This document shows positions 50,941 through 61,281 of a DNA stretch of 64,000 nucleotides, one piece after another. Source of the stretch: Bdellovibrionales bacterium (GTDB lineage: Bacteria; Bdellovibrionota; Bdellovibrionia; Bdellovibrionales; UBA1609); NCBI GenBank assembly GCA_023299885.1, contig JALZUS010000012.1, forward strand, positions 206 through 64,205. The letters run 5' to 3'. Position numbers and translations under genes: made by a program. Within the stretch, counting starts at the first letter, position 1, and every line of letters starts with the position of its first letter. The notes under the pieces were generated by a model. The model was given only the letters and a program-made list of their open reading frames with translations, was not told the origin of the DNA and ran no database searches.

Positions 50941-52403
50941 TAGCTTTGCCCCCAAACTTTTGAAGACCATGGAGAAGCTGTAGTTATATTACTTTGGCTA
51001 ATTTCCCCTACTTTAAATTTAAGCTGACCAACCAAGTCTACCTGCTCTTGAGTTAACTCAGGATTTTCTAACCCTTCAGAAAAATGAGCTGCAAAAAAAG
51101 TGGTCTTCATGTCTCCACTTATAAACTCAGGTTTTTTAATAATTTCACTAACAAGTGGAATATTGGTAGGCAATCCAAAAACTATAGTTTGCTCTAAAAC
51201 AACTTTTAATTTTTGAAGGGCTTGCTTGCGACTTTCTGCCTTAACTATTACTTTTGCAATCATAGAGTCATAGTTAGCTGTAATCTCATCACCTTCTTCA
51301 AAACCCACTTCAAAACGCCTACCAGGCCCTTCAGGCCACTTACAAAAGCCTATTTTGCCAGTGGCTGGCATTCCATTATTATAACAGTCTTCTGCATAAA
51401 TTCGCGCCTCTATGGCGTGGCCAGACACTGACAACTGACTTTGTGTCCAAGGCATCACTTGAGTGCTTGCTGTTGTTATCTGAGCTTTTACTAAATCAAC
51501 ATTTAAAACTTCTTCAGTGACAGGATGCTCTACTTGTAGCCTCGTGTTCATTTCTAAAAAGTAATACTCATCACCCTCTACTAAAAATTCAACTGTGCCT
51601 GCGCCTTCATAGTTACAGTGCTCTGCCAAACGAATAGCATCTGCATAAAGTTTTTCTTTTAAAGTATTGCTGATATAAACTTCACCGGCTTCTTCTATTA
51701 CTTTTTGATGACGCCTTTGTACAGAGCAGTCGCGAGTGTACAAATGGACTGCGCTCCCCTTGCCATCACCAAAAATTTGAACCTCTATATGTTTAGCTGT
51801 ACCTACGTATTTTTCTAAAAATACTGATCCAGAACCAAAAGAGCTCTTCGCCTCTCTTTGAGCTGACTCTAAAGTTTCAGCAAACTCTTTTTCATTTTTT
51901 ACTATTTTTAAGCCACGGCCACCGCCACCAGCAGTAGCTTTAATCATTAACGGGAAACCAATTTTCTTTGCTTCTGCCTCTAACTGACCAAGTTCTCCTT
52001 CAAAACTTAAAAGAGTTGGCACCTTAAGCTCTCGAGCTACTTTTTTAGCTGAGGCTTTATCTCCAAACAAACGCATCGCTTTTGCTGACGGTCCTATAAA
52101 TTTAATTTTATTCTCTTCGCAAAGTTGCGAAAAATTGGCATTCTCTGATAAAAAGCCAAAGCCTGGGTGCACAGCCTCAGATTTTGTTTTTTTACAGGCT
52201 TCAATAACAGCTTGTTGATTGAGGTAACTTTCATTTGTAGGCGCAGGTCCAATGCAATATGTTTCATCAGCCAAACGATAAGCCTTGCTGTTAATGTCTA
52301 CATCAGAGTGCATGAGCACAGTTTTAATGCCTAACTCTTGGCAAGCCAAGATAATCCTAACAGCAACTTCTCCCCTATTATTAATGGCTACTTTACTAAA
52401 CAT
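50940..52403 (-). CDS. liuD: biotin carboxylase (methylcrotonyl-CoA carboxylase alpha, BC part only)
   Basis: ATP-grasp motif GGGGRG and EMNTRLQVEHPVTE. 487 aa with no biotinyl domain. Confidence 0.9.
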   Translation of the reverse strand: MFSKVAINNRGEVAVRIILACQELGIKTVLMHSDVDINSKAYRLADETYCIGPAPTNESYLNQQAVIEACKKTKSEAVHPGFGFLSENANFSQLCEENKIKFIGPSAKAMRLFGDKASAKKVARELKVPTLLSFEGELGQLEAEAKKIGFPLMIKATAGGGGRGLKIVKNEKEFAETLESAQREAKSSFGSGSVFLEKYVGTAKHIEVQIFGDGKGSAVHLYTRDCSVQRRHQKVIEEAGEVYISNTLKEKLYADAIRLAEHCNYEGAGTVEFLVEGDEYYFLEMNTRLQVEHPVTEEVLNVDLVKAQITTASTQVMPWTQSQLSVSGHAIEARIYAEDCYNNGMPATGKIGFCKWPEGPGRRFEVGFEEGDEITANYDSMIAKVIVKAESRKQALQKLKVVLEQTIVFGLPTNIPLVSEIIKKPEFISGDMKTTFFAAHFSEGLENPELTQEQVDLVGQLKFKVGEISQSNITTASPWSSKVWGQS

Positions 52404-53174
52404 CTACAAGACCCATACTGGTTTTGATTTTTCAAAAAAGGCCGTCATTCCTATTTGCCCCTCTTCTGAAACTCTAGCTGCAGCTATAGAAGCTGAAGTT
52501 TCAACTCTGTAAGCCAGAGGGTCAGCTGTTTCAAGCCTTATAAGCCTTTTTGTTTCTTTTAAAGCTTGGGGGCTAGAAGACAATAACCTAGAAATTGTTT
52601 TATTAAAAACTGTAGACATATTATCGGCCTCTACACATGCACTTACCAGTCCTGCCTCAAAAGCCTCTTTAGCAGAAAACATACGTCCTGTTAGCATAGT
52701 GTCTGAAGCAAAAGAGCCTTTTACTTTTCTCATAACAAAAGGAGAAATAGTGGCTGGCACTAAACCTAATTTAACTTCAGTAAAAGCAAACTTTGTGTCC
52801 GCGTCAGCAATCACAATATCGCTGGCTGCAACTAAACCATTACCGCCACCCATTACATAGCCAGAAACTTTGGAGACTACAGGCAGCGTGCACGAGTATA
52901 TAGAGTAAAACAAATCAAAAAGTTTTGAAGCATCAGCCTCGTTCACCTCTTTAGTTTCGCTAGCCATAGACTTCATCCAATTAAGATCTGCACCTGCAGA
53001 AAAACTTTCACCAGCTGCAGAAATAACAACAAAACGATGCGTTTCTTTTATTTCATTTACAAAAAAATCTGTAAGCTCGCTAATCATTAATTGATTAAAT
53101 GCATTTTTAACTTCAGGCCTATTAAGCTGGACCTCTATGTAATTTGTGTGATCTGTAACTTTTATTGTTTCCAT
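52404..53174 (-). CDS. liuC: enoyl-CoA hydratase family (methylglutaconyl-CoA hydratase by context)
   Basis: Crotonase fold (FSAGADL, GGGNGL). Position between the carboxylase subunits. Confidence 0.8.
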   Translation of the reverse strand: METIKVTDHTNYIEVQLNRPEVKNAFNQLMISELTDFFVNEIKETHRFVVISAAGESFSAGADLNWMKSMASETKEVNEADASKLFDLFYSIYSCTLPVVSKVSGYVMGGGNGLVAASDIVIADADTKFAFTEVKLGLVPATISPFVMRKVKGSFASDTMLTGRMFSAKEAFEAGLVSACVEADNMSTVFNKTISRLLSSSPQALKETKRLIRLETADPLAYRVETSASIAAARVSEEGQIGMTAFFEKSKPVWVL

Positions 53175-53186
53175 ATTTAATTCTTT

Positions 53187-54794
53187 CTACATTCTAAAAA
53201 CGCCATTGGCCTTATCTGGCCAAGGGGCGTTTAAACTTGCGCTTATACCTAGAGCAATCACTTTTCTTGTGTCCCTAGGGTCAATAATCCCATCATCCCA
53301 CAGCCTCGCTGTAGAATAATAAGCCGAGCTTTCTTTTTCATATTTATCTAAAATAGGCTGCTTAAATTCTTTTTGCTGTGCCTCAGTCATAGCTTCACCC
53401 TTTTTTTCTAGTTGAGCCATTTTTACTGTTAACAAAACATTAGCAGCTTGCTCGCCACCCATTACTGAAATTTTAGCATTTGGCCACATCCATAATTGCC
53501 TCGGCTGATAAGCGCGACCACACATACCATAGTTACCAGCCCCAAAAGACCCGCCAACTACCACTGTAAATTTTGGCACTCTTGCATTGCTCACAGCCAT
53601 CACCATCTTAGCACCATGCTTAGCAATGCCTTCACTTTCATATTTTTGGCCTACCATAAAGCCAGAAATATTTTGCAAAAATAGTAACGGGATATTTCTT
53701 TGGTTACAAAGCTCAATAAAGTGTGCGCCCTTTAAAGCACTCTCACTAAAAAGTACGCCATTGTTTGCAACTATACCCACTGGGTAGCCGTAAATATGTG
53801 AAAAACCAGTAACTAAAGTTTCTCCGTAATTTTTTTTGAATTCATGAAAGCGACTACCATCAACAATACGAGCAATCACTTCTCTTATGTCATAAGGATG
53901 CTTAGCTTCTGTTGGCACAACTCCTAATAAGTCCTCTGCGCTATACAAAGGGTCTTCAGGCTTTTGCATTTTAAGTACATCTTGTTTTTTTCTATTAAAA
54001 TTGAAAACTATATCTCTAGCTTTTACTAATGCCTCTTCATCACTAGTCACATAATGGTCGGTTAACCCACTCACAGAAGAATGCACTTTAGCGCCGCCCA
54101 AGTCTTGAGCTGAAACCTCTTCACCCGTTGCTGCTTTTACTAAAGGAGGGCCACCTAGAAAGATAGTCCCTGTTTTTTCAACAATTACATTTTCATCACT
54201 CATTGCTGGCACATAAGCACCACCAGCAGTACAACTCCCCATCACCACAGCAATTTGTGGAATACCTGCCGCTGACATTCTTGCCTGCATATAAAATATT
54301 CTACCGAAATGATTTTTATCTGGAAAAACCTCATCCTGCATAGGCAAGAAAGCGCCGCCGCTATCTACCAAACAGATACAAGGTAAATGATTTTCATTAG
54401 CCATCTCTAAAGCTCTTAAGTGTTTTTTTGCAGTTAATGGATAATAAGCACCGCCCTTAACGGTGGCATCATTGGCAATCACCATGCACTCTTGGCCATG
54501 AATAACTCCAACTCCAGTAACAATACCAGCCCCTGGAGCGCGCCCGTCATATAGCCCATTGGCTGCAAGCTTTGAAAATTCTAAAAACTCAGTGCCCGGG
54601 TCAATCAGCTGTTGGATTCTCTCACGAGCTGTTAGCTTCTTGCGCGCCTTATGTTTTGCCACCGAAGCCTCGCCGCCACCTTTAGCCGCTTCTACTGATT
54701 TTTGATTAAACTCATCGATAAGAGTCTTCATGTTTTTTGCATTTGTTTTAAACTCAGGCGTATTCGACTGAATATTTGTTTGAAGTATTGCCAT
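53187..54794 (-). CDS. liuB: methylcrotonyl-CoA carboxylase beta subunit (carboxyltransferase)
   Basis: 535 aa acyl-CoA carboxyltransferase with typical DSGGA and GGAYVPAM segments. Confidence 0.9.
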   Translation of the reverse strand: MAILQTNIQSNTPEFKTNAKNMKTLIDEFNQKSVEAAKGGGEASVAKHKARKKLTARERIQQLIDPGTEFLEFSKLAANGLYDGRAPGAGIVTGVGVIHGQECMVIANDATVKGGAYYPLTAKKHLRALEMANENHLPCICLVDSGGAFLPMQDEVFPDKNHFGRIFYMQARMSAAGIPQIAVVMGSCTAGGAYVPAMSDENVIVEKTGTIFLGGPPLVKAATGEEVSAQDLGGAKVHSSVSGLTDHYVTSDEEALVKARDIVFNFNRKKQDVLKMQKPEDPLYSAEDLLGVVPTEAKHPYDIREVIARIVDGSRFHEFKKNYGETLVTGFSHIYGYPVGIVANNGVLFSESALKGAHFIELCNQRNIPLLFLQNISGFMVGQKYESEGIAKHGAKMVMAVSNARVPKFTVVVGGSFGAGNYGMCGRAYQPRQLWMWPNAKISVMGGEQAANVLLTVKMAQLEKKGEAMTEAQQKEFKQPILDKYEKESSAYYSTARLWDDGIIDPRDTRKVIALGISASLNAPWPDKANGVFRM

Positions 54795-54910
54795 GCCTAT
54801 AAACTACCAGGAAAGAGCCTTTAGGACTTTTGGGCATGCGCTGCATTAAGCCAGTTTTACCTCCCGAATATGCAGTTGCATTCTATCAGGGCCACTGGCA
54901 CCTTAAATAT

Positions 54911-55324
54911 ATGAAATTTATAAGCTTAATCATCCTATTTCTTATCTTAGCCGTTACTAAAGTCAGCTTTAAAGGCGATATGGATGTCCCTCAAAACATC
55001 CATGCTGACATTCAAAATGATATAAAAAGACTGATTGTTGATTACGTAGAAGAAAACCTGCCTTCGGCCTCTAATATTAAGTTTCATAAAGTTTGGACTC
55101 AAAAAATTAATAAAAATAAAATAAAGGCTCTCTTTAAATACTCTTTTGATGACAGCAACCAAAACACTCGAAGTACAAGAGTGGCTATCGACGGGTTTGC
55201 TCACCTCAACAAGCAAGCTAATGAAAGCACAGAAGACAATGAAGTCTGGAGCTTTGAAGACCTACAAATCACAAATAATTCCATAGAGTACAAAGACGGC
55301 ATCAAAATAAAAGCCGGTGAATAA
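54911..55324 (+). CDS. exported or membrane-anchored hypothetical protein
   Basis: Start chosen at MKFISLIILFLILAV. No motif. Confidence 0.4.
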   Translation: MKFISLIILFLILAVTKVSFKGDMDVPQNIHADIQNDIKRLIVDYVEENLPSASNIKFHKVWTQKINKNKIKALFKYSFDDSNQNTRSTRVAIDGFAHLNKQANESTEDNEVWSFEDLQITNNSIEYKDGIKIKAGE

Positions 55325-56345
55325 GTTTATCCAACAAAATAGTGATGGCTATTTTGTTTTTAATCAAAAAATTGTTACTGACCAAAAAATTGGCCATTCG
55401 CTATTAGAAGGCCTACAGCTTAATTCTAATGGAAGTTTCTCTACGCAGATGAATGATGTCTCTTCATACGTAGAATGTGAAGATAAGCCCTTAGTGATTC
55501 AAGACCTTACACATGAAAAAGACTTTAACTTTAAACTTGTAGCTACATATAATTACGAATTCAGTTTTGATTGCAGAAACTTTTTAATTGATGATTGGGA
55601 CCGTTTTTGCGGTGAGTACCCCGAAAACAACATTCCTTTTGTGTTCTCTAATAAAGCACAGGAGCAATTCTTTAACCTACTCACAGATTATGATGATGAC
55701 TCGTTTACATGGGACAATCAAAAAGTAAGTACACCCTTGGCAACCCCTAATAAGCCTAAGTCTGAAAGTGAACTATTTTGGACAGGCTACTATGCTCAAG
55801 ATAATACTCCATGGGATATAGGAAAAGTCTCTCCAGCCATTTCTGACACCATTAACCAACTAAAGATTCAGCGTAGTAATATTTTAGTTTTAGGTTGCGG
55901 TCTTGGGCATGATGCTGGCTGGATTGCAGACCAAGGGCATATTGTTACAGGCGTTGATTACTCTGATGAAGCTATTAAAAAAGCAAAAGCCCTTTACCCA
56001 AAAGTTAACTTTATAAAAGCTGACGCTTTTAACTTACCAGAAGATTTTAAAGACTCTTTTGACCTAGTGATAGAGCATACTCTTTATTGCGCTATCAACC
56101 CAGCAAAAAGAAAAGACTTAATAAAGTCATGGCTTTCATGCTTAAGGGATGATGGACATTTATTGGGTGTATTTTTTGTGGGCCATAAACCTAGCGGACC
56201 ACCCTTTGCTACAACAGAATATGAGCTTAAAAAAAATCTTGATAAAAAACTACAGCTTATGTACTGGACGCGCTGGCAAAGCTCAGTAGATATACGACAA
56301 GGCACAGAGCTAATGATTTACGCTCAGAAAAAACCAAAGCGCTAA
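55317..56345 (+). CDS. two-domain protein with a C-terminal TPMT-like SAM-dependent methyltransferase
   Basis: NTPWDIG and motif I, VLGCGLGHDAGW. The N-terminal 150 aa or so are unassigned. GTG start. Confidence 0.7.
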   Translation: MNKFIQQNSDGYFVFNQKIVTDQKIGHSLLEGLQLNSNGSFSTQMNDVSSYVECEDKPLVIQDLTHEKDFNFKLVATYNYEFSFDCRNFLIDDWDRFCGEYPENNIPFVFSNKAQEQFFNLLTDYDDDSFTWDNQKVSTPLATPNKPKSESELFWTGYYAQDNTPWDIGKVSPAISDTINQLKIQRSNILVLGCGLGHDAGWIADQGHIVTGVDYSDEAIKKAKALYPKVNFIKADAFNLPEDFKDSFDLVIEHTLYCAINPAKRKDLIKSWLSCLRDDGHLLGVFFVGHKPSGPPFATTEYELKKNLDKKLQLMYWTRWQSSVDIRQGTELMIYAQKKPKR

Positions 56346-56361
56346 TTTAAATCCCAATAAC

Positions 56362-56404
56362 AAAAAAAAAGGGGGAAGAAAAGATAGTGACCTTTCCTTC
56401 CCCA
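56362..56404 (-). terminator. rho-independent terminator of rnpB (also closes the convergent + strand gene)
   Basis: Minus strand reads GGGGAAGGAAAGG-tcactatc-TTTTCTTCCCCC followed by T9. Confidence 0.75.
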
Positions 56405-56409
56405 CAACG

Positions 56410-56745
56410 AGGTTAGTTTTACTATAAGCCGGATTCTGTCCTTTAACTGCTGCTCGCCAACAATTAAATGGACTGCCATTCATCTTTGCGATCAACCCGC
56501 AAACTTCGCGCTGGCCGCGCTCAAACGATTGCCTATTTGATCTTGCTTCCTACAGAGTTTAGCTGCTTTCACTCCAGCGGCTCCCCTTTACCCTCCCGTT
56601 CCCGGGTAAAGGCTCAATGCCCTGGACATTCTCTCTGTTCCACTGTTCCTCGCCTTACGACGGAGGGCCGTTAGCCCTTGTAGTGCCATATGAAGTCCGG
56701 ACTTTCCTCAGGCAATGAAGCCTGCGACAGTCTGTAAAACTAATA
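56410..56745 (-). ncRNA. rnpB: RNase P RNA (bacterial type A)
   Basis: Minus strand contains GAGGAAAGUCCGGAC near the 5' end and ACAGAAUCCGGCUUA near the 3' end. P1 pairing is UUAGUUUUAC/GUAAAACUAA. A GC-rich island in an AT-rich genome. Confidence 0.9.
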
Positions 56746-56824
56746 TTTAAATACACTAGTTTATTTAAAATTTCTAATTGTTAAAATTTATTTTGGTATA
56801 ATTACAGCCCAATAAGACTAGCAT

Positions 56825-57235
56825 TTAGTAATCTTCGTCTAAAGCACGGTTAGCCAAGGCATCAGCAAGCTTATTAAACTCACGCCTAACATGCACAAAC
56901 TGACAAGATTTAAACCCATCAGATAAAGCCTTGCATTCCATAAATAGCGGCTTAAGGTTAGCAGCCTTTACACGGTACTCGCCCGTTAACTGCTTAACTA
57001 AAAGCTGACTATCACTTTCTAATATAATATCAGAATAACCATCTTCTTTAGCTTGTTTTAAAGCCTCTAGTATCGCCATATACTCAGCATAGTTATTAGT
57101 ATTAGTGCCTATGGCTTTATAGTGTTCAGCTACAACTGACCTGTTTTCATCTAAAAAAACGGCTCCCCATGCGGCTGGCCCTGGGTTACCACGGCTAGCA
57201 CCGTCTGTTTGAATAATTACTTTTGACATAAGCAA
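56825..57235 (-). CDS. rnhA: ribonuclease HI family protein
   Basis: IQTDGASRGNPGPAAWG, with ESDSQLLV and a C-terminal N..AD.LA. The start may be ATG at 57229. Confidence 0.8.
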   Translation of the reverse strand: MLMSKVIIQTDGASRGNPGPAAWGAVFLDENRSVVAEHYKAIGTNTNNYAEYMAILEALKQAKEDGYSDIILESDSQLLVKQLTGEYRVKAANLKPLFMECKALSDGFKSCQFVHVRREFNKLADALANRALDEDY

Positions 57236-57291
57236 ATGATCCTTTATTTTTTACAAACTCACAAGCTAATTGCTACACAAATGATGTCTTA

Positions 57292-59259
57292 GTGCCAATA
57301 TTCATGTACATAAAATATATGTTTTATAAGCTTTTTACATTAATAGCTTTTTATCTTTTTTGCACTTTTGCACACACAGAAGAGCTTGAAACTATTAATG
57401 TCTATGGCAACCAAAGCTATGTGAACGATGAATTTACTTCGCTTCAAAACACTAACCTTCAAGAGCTTCAAGAAAAACCGACTTCTGAGCTTAATAATGT
57501 TTTTAACCAGTTTCAAAATGTTAATGTTAATGGTGGGCCCAGAGCTGACTCAACTGACATTAATATACGCGGCTTTGATAGCAAAAGAATTTTATTTGTT
57601 TTAGACGGCGCTAGACAAAACCTAAGGTCGACCCACACAGGCGGGCTACTGATTGAACCTTTATTTTTAGAAGAAGTTAAGATCTATAGTGGCGCCTCTT
57701 CTGTTGATTTTGGTGGTGGCTCTATTGGCGGCACCATCCAACTAAAAACATTGTCCCCAAAAAACTTACTTAGGGGCGATAGCTTGGGTGGACATATTGT
57801 TGGAGTTAGTGAATCTGCCAATGATTTATGGGGTGCCGGAGCCTTTAACTATGGAAGTTCTAAAAAATGGGATTATTTACTAGGAGCTACTTTTAGAAAC
57901 ACTAGTGATTCTAAATTAAGTGATAACACTACCTTGCCTTTTTCTGCTTACGATCAAAACGCACAGCTTGCTAAGCTTATTTATAAGGGCAACGGCTTTC
58001 AACTTAGCACCAGTTTTGAAAACTATATTCAAGACTCTATAACACGATCGACTCCTACCATTGAATCTGATTTTGATGAGCTTGTTAAAGATGACCGCTA
58101 CAGAAAAACAGGGATTATTAACCTTACCAATAAAAGTACTGATATTAATTTAAGCCATAGCATTACTAAAGTAACTAAAGATAAATCTTTTAGCCCTAAT
58201 GATGATAGCCTTGCCATTGATGAGCGCTCTACAGCAAGCTCTGGCATAGATTTAAAATATAAGGCCAACTATGGCAGAAATGTTAAACTAAGCTTTGGCA
58301 CCAATTATTTGATTGATAATAGCATTGGCAAAAGAAGCACTGAGGGTGACTTTCCGTTTTTCCCTAGTGGCAAACTTAATACTGCTGGGGCTTACTTTAC
58401 TATTAAAGAATCAAATACTAAAAAGTTGGATTACTTAGCTGGACTTCGTTACGATTACTTTAAACTTAAATCTAAAAATAACCTTACCTCAAAAAGTGAA
58501 GATGCCTTTAACCTCCATGCTGGTTTAATTTACAATTGGTCTGACACCATAAATAGCTCTTTAGTGTATTCAGAAAGTTTTAATGCGCCCAGGGTTCAAG
58601 AGGTGTTTCCAACAGGCGAGCATTTCCCTGGCAATGAATTTGAATCTAATACCAGCTTAAAGCCAGAGATTTCATCGGCATGGGAATTTAAAAATAGCTT
58701 TATTTTTGATAGTCTCTTTACAGCTGACGACTTACTTGAAATTAAGTCTACTTTGTTTTTTCAAGCTGTAGACAACTATATTGACCAAGAAATAACCAGC
58801 TCTACAACAAGCTTTATAAATGCCGGTACAGTTAAAAGCCGCGGTCACGAGACAAGCATTAAGTATTCTGCACAGCCCATGGAATACTCTGTTAGCGCCA
58901 ACACCGTAAGGGCTGATAATAAAACAACTGGCGACCCTTTAATTTCTGCACCAGCAGACGAGCTTATGTTTAAAATTAAATATAAATCTAATAATAAATA
59001 CTTTGGCTTTAGCCATACCAGAGTAAGCGCGCAAAACCGCATTAATTTAAACACGCTCATTGATATCACCAAAATACCAACGCCCTCTTATGAGTTATGG
59101 GGCCTAGAGGCGGGCTATAGCTTTAAAGGGTTTGGCTTTAAAAAAGTTTTATTAAATCTGAACATAGATAATTTATTTAATACTAAATATAAGCCACATG
59201 GGGACGCTATTTTTGCTAAAAAACAGAATGTCTTTGTAAATATTTCAGCTTATTTTTAA
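57292..59259 (+). CDS. TonB-dependent outer-membrane receptor
   Basis: Plug-domain pattern (ETINVYG…IRGF…DG) and a terminal …NISAYF aromatic residue. The likely start is ATG at 57319 (MFYKLFTLIAFYLF). Confidence 0.8.
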   Translation: MPIFMYIKYMFYKLFTLIAFYLFCTFAHTEELETINVYGNQSYVNDEFTSLQNTNLQELQEKPTSELNNVFNQFQNVNVNGGPRADSTDINIRGFDSKRILFVLDGARQNLRSTHTGGLLIEPLFLEEVKIYSGASSVDFGGGSIGGTIQLKTLSPKNLLRGDSLGGHIVGVSESANDLWGAGAFNYGSSKKWDYLLGATFRNTSDSKLSDNTTLPFSAYDQNAQLAKLIYKGNGFQLSTSFENYIQDSITRSTPTIESDFDELVKDDRYRKTGIINLTNKSTDINLSHSITKVTKDKSFSPNDDSLAIDERSTASSGIDLKYKANYGRNVKLSFGTNYLIDNSIGKRSTEGDFPFFPSGKLNTAGAYFTIKESNTKKLDYLAGLRYDYFKLKSKNNLTSKSEDAFNLHAGLIYNWSDTINSSLVYSESFNAPRVQEVFPTGEHFPGNEFESNTSLKPEISSAWEFKNSFIFDSLFTADDLLEIKSTLFFQAVDNYIDQEITSSTTSFINAGTVKSRGHETSIKYSAQPMEYSVSANTVRADNKTTGDPLISAPADELMFKIKYKSNNKYFGFSHTRVSAQNRINLNTLIDITKIPTPSYELWGLEAGYSFKGFGFKKVLLNLNIDNLFNTKYKPHGDAIFAKKQNVFVNISAYF

Positions 59260-59310
59260 TTTAAACCACCCTGCTGTATATTAAAACCACAACCAAAACA
59301 TGGAGACTTA

Positions 59311-59961
59311 ATGAAACAATTAGTAGCCCTATTTTCTTTTTTATTAGCGTTCACAGCGTCAGCCACCACTCTAGAGCAAAACTTTACAGAAGCTATTGAT
59401 GGCACCTACAACTTTAAAAGTGTCGTTTGCCAAAATGATTTTGAAGAAAGCACTGATGGATATAATGCTTTTAAATTAAAAACAGATCACCCTGGCTACA
59501 AAAATATCCTTAATAAACTCACGATAAATAAAGGCATAGCTTTGCACGAGACAATCATCTCAATAGGGCCTACGCTATGCACAGCAAACGGTTCAGGAGA
59601 AGTACTCCCTAAATCTTTTAATGAAGGCGACGGAATTATTTTAGGAAAAGCACTGCTCAGTATTAATGTTCCTAAAAAATATAATAAAAAAACAAATCTT
59701 GGATGCAAATGCATCTATCGCGGCATTAATATCATGGGCCTATGCAACAAGATTGTAGTACCATTTGTTGAACAAACTCTTCACGAAGTAAGCTATAAGA
59801 TAGACTACACAAGTGAAGCAAAAAAGATCTACTTTACACAAAATTTAAACTACACCAATGGCATTGAGACTAAAAACAATTTTAAATCTCCATTCAGAAA
59901 ATACTGCGCAAAAAAAGGCTCCGATGCTCCGCCAACAAATATATTTGAAGCTATAAACTAA
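59311..59961 (+). CDS. secreted Cys-rich protein, paralog A
   Basis: Signal peptide. Shares DG.Y…VCQN, GC.C, P.VEQT.H and RKYC.KKGSD.PPT with 60021..60677. Confidence 0.55.
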   Translation: MKQLVALFSFLLAFTASATTLEQNFTEAIDGTYNFKSVVCQNDFEESTDGYNAFKLKTDHPGYKNILNKLTINKGIALHETIISIGPTLCTANGSGEVLPKSFNEGDGIILGKALLSINVPKKYNKKTNLGCKCIYRGINIMGLCNKIVVPFVEQTLHEVSYKIDYTSEAKKIYFTQNLNYTNGIETKNNFKSPFRKYCAKKGSDAPPTNIFEAIN

Positions 59962-59964
59962 GCA

Positions 59965-60001
59965 TAAAAAAAAGCCAACTTCAAAAAAGTTGGCTTTTTT
60001 G
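59965..60001. terminator. bidirectional rho-independent terminator
   Basis: AAGCCAACTT-caaaa-AAGTTGGCTT 10-bp perfect stem, flanked by an A-run and a T-run. Confidence 0.8.
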
Positions 60002-60020
60002 CATCTAAAGTTTAAAAGAA

Positions 60021-60677
60021 CTACTTTTTAAACTTATAAGTAGGAGGCAGATCACTCCCCTTTTTAGAGCAGTACTTTCTACGAGAATCAGTATATCCAG
60101 TGTCTACTTCTTTCTTGTTGCCATCAGCATCAAGAACTAACTCACCCTCTTCAGTTATCTCATAACCCAATACTGTAGTTATTTGAAGCTTATCCAAGTC
60201 ATTAACTTCAACTTCTGCGCCCTCTTCATTTTTAATTACTTTTTTATCAAAAGTGATTTTAGCAATATGTTTTGTTTGCTCTACTTGAGGGATTAAGAAA
60301 TCACAAAAACGATTTAACGGAAAGCATGTACACCCATTATTTCTTGGGACCAATATTTCATAATCGGCTACTTTTGTTGTTACTATTTTATTTAAAGATT
60401 CATCAAAAAAAGTATGCTCTTTATATGTGATTTCACCTTCGCCAAAAATTTCACAAGTCGTCCCAGACGCCTTGACCTTAACTTCGTTTCTTATGGTGTT
60501 GCCTTCGATAATTAGGTCATTGCGTTCAATTTTGTATGGCCCTGCACCTGTTGATAGCTCTTCTCCATTTTGACAAACAGCTGTCTCGTAAGCGTAAACA
60601 CCATCATCAATTAACGCCTCAGCATAGCTAAAAAAAGATGTGAACATTAAAAAAATAAATATATATAGAGCTTTCAT
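60021..60677 (-). CDS. secreted Cys-rich protein, paralog B
   Basis: Signal peptide. Conserved Cys framework and C-terminal RRKYCSKKGSDLPPTYKF, as in paralog A. Confidence 0.55.
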   Translation of the reverse strand: MKALYIFIFLMFTSFFSYAEALIDDGVYAYETAVCQNGEELSTGAGPYKIERNDLIIEGNTIRNEVKVKASGTTCEIFGEGEITYKEHTFFDESLNKIVTTKVADYEILVPRNNGCTCFPLNRFCDFLIPQVEQTKHIAKITFDKKVIKNEEGAEVEVNDLDKLQITTVLGYEITEEGELVLDADGNKKEVDTGYTDSRRKYCSKKGSDLPPTYKFKK

Positions 60678-60738
60678 AAAACCTCGCTTTTAGTTAGTGC
60701 TGACACTATATTCGCTTAATATTTGAAGCTCCAGCAAA

Positions 60739-60756
60739 TACAGACCATAGTCTGTA
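60739..60756. promoter_or_regulatory. 7-4-7 palindrome, operator candidate upstream of the XRE regulator
   Basis: TACAGAC-cata-GTCTGTA, about 90 nt upstream of the ATG at 60848. Confidence 0.35.
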
Positions 60757-60847
60757 CAAATAATTGCTACAAATAAATCATCTCATTTAATATGCTTTTA
60801 CTTTGAGCGATAAATAAGATTTATTTTACATATTTCATACATAAAAT

Positions 60848-61180
60848 ATGCACAATAGTTTTCTTGATATTGAGAAGCATTTCTTTGATAATAAAAAAAT
60901 GGTAACTCAATCAACTCAACAATTTAAAAAACTCGGCAAGCTGTTTAAGTCAAATAGAGAGAAAAACGGCATCACTCAAAGACAAGCTTCTGAAAGATTA
61001 GGATACAGCTCACCGCAGTTTGTATCTAATTTTGAGCGTGGCTTATGCGCACTTCCACTTAAAAAAATTAAAGTTTTAATTGAACTTTATGAAATGGACG
61101 CTAATAATGTGGCTAATATTATAATTGATTTTCAGGCTAAAATGATTAGAAAAAACTTAATGGTTTCTAAATCAGCTTAA
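60848..61180 (+). CDS. XRE-family helix-turn-helix transcriptional regulator
   Basis: GITQRQASERLGYSSPQFVSNFERG (HTH_3-type). Confidence 0.75.
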   Translation: MHNSFLDIEKHFFDNKKMVTQSTQQFKKLGKLFKSNREKNGITQRQASERLGYSSPQFVSNFERGLCALPLKKIKVLIELYEMDANNVANIIIDFQAKMIRKNLMVSKSA

Positions 61181-61281
61181 TAGCTATACCAAAAGCTATG
61201 TTTTAAATAAAAATCTAGCAAACATTAAATAATATTTATTTGTTGTCCGATAGGCTTCTTGTAACATTACAGGAGGTTTTC

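Noticed and set aside
54896-54912. TGGCAC just upstream of the 54911 ORF
   Set aside because: There is no TTGC at the -12 spacing (it reads ATATA), and the start codon follows immediately.
56310-56674. ORFs of 61 and 68 aa in the track within the GC-rich island
   Set aside because: The region is RNase P RNA (rnpB) on the minus strand, so these ORFs are incidental.
57236-57318. Cobalamin or other riboswitch upstream of the small TonB-dependent receptor
   Set aside because: Only about 60-80 nt of AT-rich spacer is shared with the divergent RNase H gene. That is too short and unstructured for a riboswitch.
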